Assembly: GCF_010365055.1 (NCBI RefSeq)
Contig: NZ_JAAFHA010000008.1
Span: 2,750-66,749, forward strand
Direction: 5' to 3'
DNA from: Rhodoferax sp.
GTDB taxonomy: Bacteria > Pseudomonadota > Gammaproteobacteria > Burkholderiales > Burkholderiaceae_C
DNA: 64,000 bases
The translations under genes and the position numbers were made by a program. Below, piece after piece: positions 60,758 through 64,000 of this stretch; the stretch's first letter is position 1, and every line of letters starts with the position of its first letter. The notes under the pieces are model-generated. The model had not been told where the DNA came from. It made no database searches and saw only the letters and a list, made by a program, of their open reading frames with translations.

Positions 60758-62872
60758 ATGCCCACCATGGCCCTACCTGAATTTATTCGCACCAACATCG
60801 AAGTGATCGTTTCGAAGTGGGAGGCGTTCGCCAAAACCATTCCCGGCGCCCGCCATATGGACACGGTAGAGCTGAAAGACCATGCCAAGGGGATTTTGCT
60901 GACCATCGCCGCCGACCTTGATCACCCCCAAACTTCTCTTGAGCAGGCCGAGAAATCCAAAGGTAACGCAGCGGATGCCAGCACGCAAACCCAGGCCACG
61001 GTACACGGCAATGATCGCCTGTCAGCGGGATTCAGCATTAACGAGGCATTGTCCGAATTCCGTGCGCTGCGGGCTAGCGTCATGCAACTCTGGGGCGATT
61101 CGTTCCTAACGACCCCGCGGGCCGTCAGCGACGAGGGAACCCGATTCAACGAAGCGATTGACCAAGCCTTATCGGAATCGCTAGAGCGCTATTCCCGCCT
61201 GTTTGATGCGCTTCTGTCCTCGTCGCCCGACCTGAACTTCATCATGGACACCCGAGGCCGATTGGTTTACGCGAATAAAACCACGGTCGGATTGTTCAAC
61301 AAGCCGCTGGAAGAAATGGTTGGCAAGAGTTTCATTGAGCTCGACTTGCCCAATGCGGTGGACCTTCAACAGAAGTTGCAGGGTGTGATTGATACAAGAG
61401 TCAGCCAAAGTGGAGAAATGTCCTTCTCGCCAACCGCCGAGGACAAAGCTATCTTCGAATTCATTTTCGAACCCGTTTGCAATGAGAGCGGGTATTTGGA
61501 CGCGATTGCAGCAACAGCGCGAAACGTGACCCAACGCAAGGCAACCGAAGAAGAGGCCATGCGCAGCGCCAATTATGATTTTCTGACTGGCTTGCCGAAT
61601 CGAAGTTATTTTCTGAATTATCTGGATAAGGACGTTAAACGTGCTGCGCGCAGTGGCCTGTCCATTGCCCTGCTTTTTATTGATCTGGATGGTTTCAAGA
61701 ACGTCAATGATCGACAAGGCCACGATGCCGGCGATCAGTTACTGCAACAGGTCGCACAGCGAATCGGCCGCTGTGTGCGTGGCACGGATACGGTTGCACG
61801 TCTGGGCGGCGACGAATTTACCGTGATCATCACCGACGTCAACAAGGTTCTGCATGTGGAAATTTTGGTGCAAGAGATGCTCGTCGCGCTCGCCACGCCG
61901 TTCTCCATACTCGGCAAGGATGTCCAAATTTCCGCCAGCATCGGCATTACGCTCTTTCCCCAGGACGCAAGCACGCCAGAAGATCTGCTGAGAAACGCGG
62001 ATCAGGCCATGTATGCGGCAAAGAACGCCGGGAAAAGCTGTTTTAGCTACTTCACCGTCGCCATGCGCGATGCCGCTTGGGCCCGCCTCAAGGTGATTGA
62101 CGAGTTGAGGCGTGCCATACCGTGCAACGAACTGGCCGTTTACTACCAGCCCATCGTTGCGCTTTCCGATGAAAAAATTGTCAAGGCGGAAGCACTGTTG
62201 CGCTGGCATCATCCGAACTCGGGGCTGTTGCTTGCGCATGACTTCATCGGTCTCGCGGAAGAAACCGGGTTGATCGGAGAAATCGGCGAATGGGTGTTGA
62301 ACGACGCCATGCACTGTGCAAAAGAATGGAGCACCTTGCTGGGCCGACCCTTCCAAATCAGTGTCAATAAATCATCGGCCGAACTGATGAGCAAGGTGCC
62401 GATGAAAGACTGGGACACGCGCCTGACTGCGCTCGCCCTGCCCGGCAATAGCCTCTCGGTGGAAATCACGGAAGGGGCACTTACCAACGAATCGTCCAAC
62501 GTTCGCGAAAAGCTGGACTATCTCAGAACGGCCGGGGTCCAGTTGTCGATCGACGACTTCGGTACGGGATGTTCATCCATGCTCAGTCTGAAGAAGCTCA
62601 ATGTTGATTTTCTGAAGATCGACATGTCATTTGTACATGAGTTGGCGACCAGCAGGGATTGCCGCTCGATTGCGGAAATGATCATCGTGATGGCGCATAA
62701 GCTCGGGCTGAAAGTGATTGCGGAAGGCGTGGAAACAGTCGAGCAAAGAGATTGGCTGAAAGAAGCGAAATGCGATTACGCGCAAGGCTATTTTTTTTCG
62801 GCTCCAGTTTCATCGCAGGCGCTAGGGGCGCTGCTGAAAGCGGGCAAAATGCTGCCTGCGATGCTAACGTGA
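60758..62872 (+). CDS. RsbRD_N-like sensor-PAS-GGDEF-EAL protein
   Basis: AAAGGA RBS; EFIRTNIEVIVSKWEAFA...EFRALRASV; YDFLTGLPNR, RLGGDEF, AEALLRW, DDFGTG. Confidence 0.88.
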   Translation: MPTMALPEFIRTNIEVIVSKWEAFAKTIPGARHMDTVELKDHAKGILLTIAADLDHPQTSLEQAEKSKGNAADASTQTQATVHGNDRLSAGFSINEALSEFRALRASVMQLWGDSFLTTPRAVSDEGTRFNEAIDQALSESLERYSRLFDALLSSSPDLNFIMDTRGRLVYANKTTVGLFNKPLEEMVGKSFIELDLPNAVDLQQKLQGVIDTRVSQSGEMSFSPTAEDKAIFEFIFEPVCNESGYLDAIAATARNVTQRKATEEEAMRSANYDFLTGLPNRSYFLNYLDKDVKRAARSGLSIALLFIDLDGFKNVNDRQGHDAGDQLLQQVAQRIGRCVRGTDTVARLGGDEFTVIITDVNKVLHVEILVQEMLVALATPFSILGKDVQISASIGITLFPQDASTPEDLLRNADQAMYAAKNAGKSCFSYFTVAMRDAAWARLKVIDELRRAIPCNELAVYYQPIVALSDEKIVKAEALLRWHHPNSGLLLAHDFIGLAEETGLIGEIGEWVLNDAMHCAKEWSTLLGRPFQISVNKSSAELMSKVPMKDWDTRLTALALPGNSLSVEITEGALTNESSNVREKLDYLRTAGVQLSIDDFGTGCSSMLSLKKLNVDFLKIDMSFVHELATSRDCRSIAEMIIVMAHKLGLKVIAEGVETVEQRDWLKEAKCDYAQGYFFSAPVSSQALGALLKAGKMLPAMLT

Positions 62873-63222
62873 ACAGGACTGATACCGCCATTTTTGGATC
62901 TCTCCGAAGGTTCGCGCCATGTGCCAGCAACGTCGCAACGTTTGGCGGTGTGCGTGGCTGCTTTCCCCTGCGCTCTATGCCCGCTTTGGGCCCACTGGCG
63001 CAGGTAAAGCGGACGTTCAAACTCACGCCCACTGCGGAACTGACAATCACCACCTGGTCGTGAACAGGCCCGAGTCGTTGGTGCTCGGCTCTAGCGAAGG
63101 ATCAAGCGGCACCTCTGTTGAACTCTAGTCGGTGGATAATGCTTCCGAAAACAGACTACAAGTAATTGCTTTGCATTTCCTTCGCCATTTGGCATCTGAA
63201 TCGCCACATCGAAAGAAATCCT

Positions 63223-64000
63223 ATGCGCCTGTCAAAATTCATATTGACCAATTTGGAAGCCATCCTGCAAGAATGGGAAGACTTCGCCAAGACCATACAC
63301 GCGACCATTCATCGGATGACAGCCAGAGAACTGCGTGACCATGCCGAAGCAATGCTCAAGGCCGTGGCCGCTGACCTCGATACAGATCAGGCCCGGCAAG
63401 AGGGCATCGACAAGTCGCAGGGCCTTGCCCCTCAAGTACCCGAGGATACCGCCGCAGAGATTCACGCCGTCGATCGCCTCTCGTCTGGATTCACAATCGA
63501 ACAGCTGGCTTCGGAGTACCGGGCCCTGCGTGCCAGCGTACTGAGACTTTGGCAAGACGACATCAAGACCATTACCGCGGGCGAAATCAAGGACATGGTC
63601 AGGTTCAATGAAGCGATCGACCAGTCGCTGGCCGAATCGGTCGCGCGCTATTCGGCGATGCATCGGGACTCGCAAAATCTGTTCCTGGCCATTCTCGGCC
63701 ATGACGTGCGTTCGCCGCTCGGAGCCATCAGCGTGGGAGCGCAAATGCTGACGGGCAACGCCAATCTGACTCCCAATGCGGTCAAGACGGCATCACTCAT
63801 CGTCGATAGCAGCAATCGCGTAGCCGAAATCGTTTCAGACCTGCTCGACTTTTCGACAAGCCACCTTGGAGACGGCATCCCGGTCGCAACGTCCTCGATG
63901 GATTTTTCGTCTGTGTGCACCACCATTGTCGAGGAGATGCGCTTATTTCATCCTGATCGGTCCATCAAACTGGAAATAGCGGGCGACATGGAGGTGATAT
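63223..64000 (+). CDS. RsbRD_N-like sensor histidine kinase (runs off the window; absent from the ORF track)
   Basis: My translation: MRLSKFILTNLEAILQEWEDFAKTI...EYRALRASVLRLW...RFNEAIDQSLAES...ILGHDVRSPL; no stop before 64000. Confidence 0.88.
   Translation, partial: MRLSKFILTNLEAILQEWEDFAKTIHATIHRMTARELRDHAEAMLKAVAADLDTDQARQEGIDKSQGLAPQVPEDTAAEIHAVDRLSSGFTIEQLASEYRALRASVLRLWQDDIKTITAGEIKDMVRFNEAIDQSLAESVARYSAMHRDSQNLFLAILGHDVRSPLGAISVGAQMLTGNANLTPNAVKTASLIVDSSNRVAEIVSDLLDFSTSHLGDGIPVATSSMDFSSVCTTIVEEMRLFHPDRSIKLEIAGDMEVI

Overview
GC-rich betaproteobacterial chromosome segment, probably Comamonadaceae (Rhodoferax/Polaromonas-like; inferred from gene content, gene order and protein style). 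In order it holds: the distal part of a nitrous-oxide reductase cluster (nosR 3' end, nosDFYL and a second NosL-like gene); a 1662-aa PFOR-type 2-oxoacid oxidoreductase coupled to a fused NfnB/NfnA-like (GltD+PyrK) flavoprotein; transport and housekeeping genes (EamA, DUF3422, tctAB, GspE-like ATPase, HDG glycosylase); a 4-gene PEP-CTERM cassette (two FeeM/ExoAT-type acyltransferases, a ThiF enzyme and a PEP-CTERM protein with a full sigma54 promoter); tatD, a polyamine ABC transporter, lolCD, recJ, PHP/yciO/S2P/trpS and tRNA-Ser(CGA); an SBP plus diguanylate cyclase pair; serS; a TPP-riboswitch thiamine ABC transporter; ispH/fkpB; and a ~15-kb signalling-rich accessory tract with GGDEF/EAL and kinase genes, a split gene and radC, GGDEF and IS1634 debris. 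The most striking unexplained signal is a fixed-spacing ~53-bp motif, GCTA-N9-TAGC followed at a constant distance by GGGCT. I found it nine times, mostly inside or overlapping core coding sequences, and saw no copy in the accessory tracts. No CRISPR array, rRNA or intact integrase/transposase was seen. All calls come from reading motifs by eye; no database search was run.
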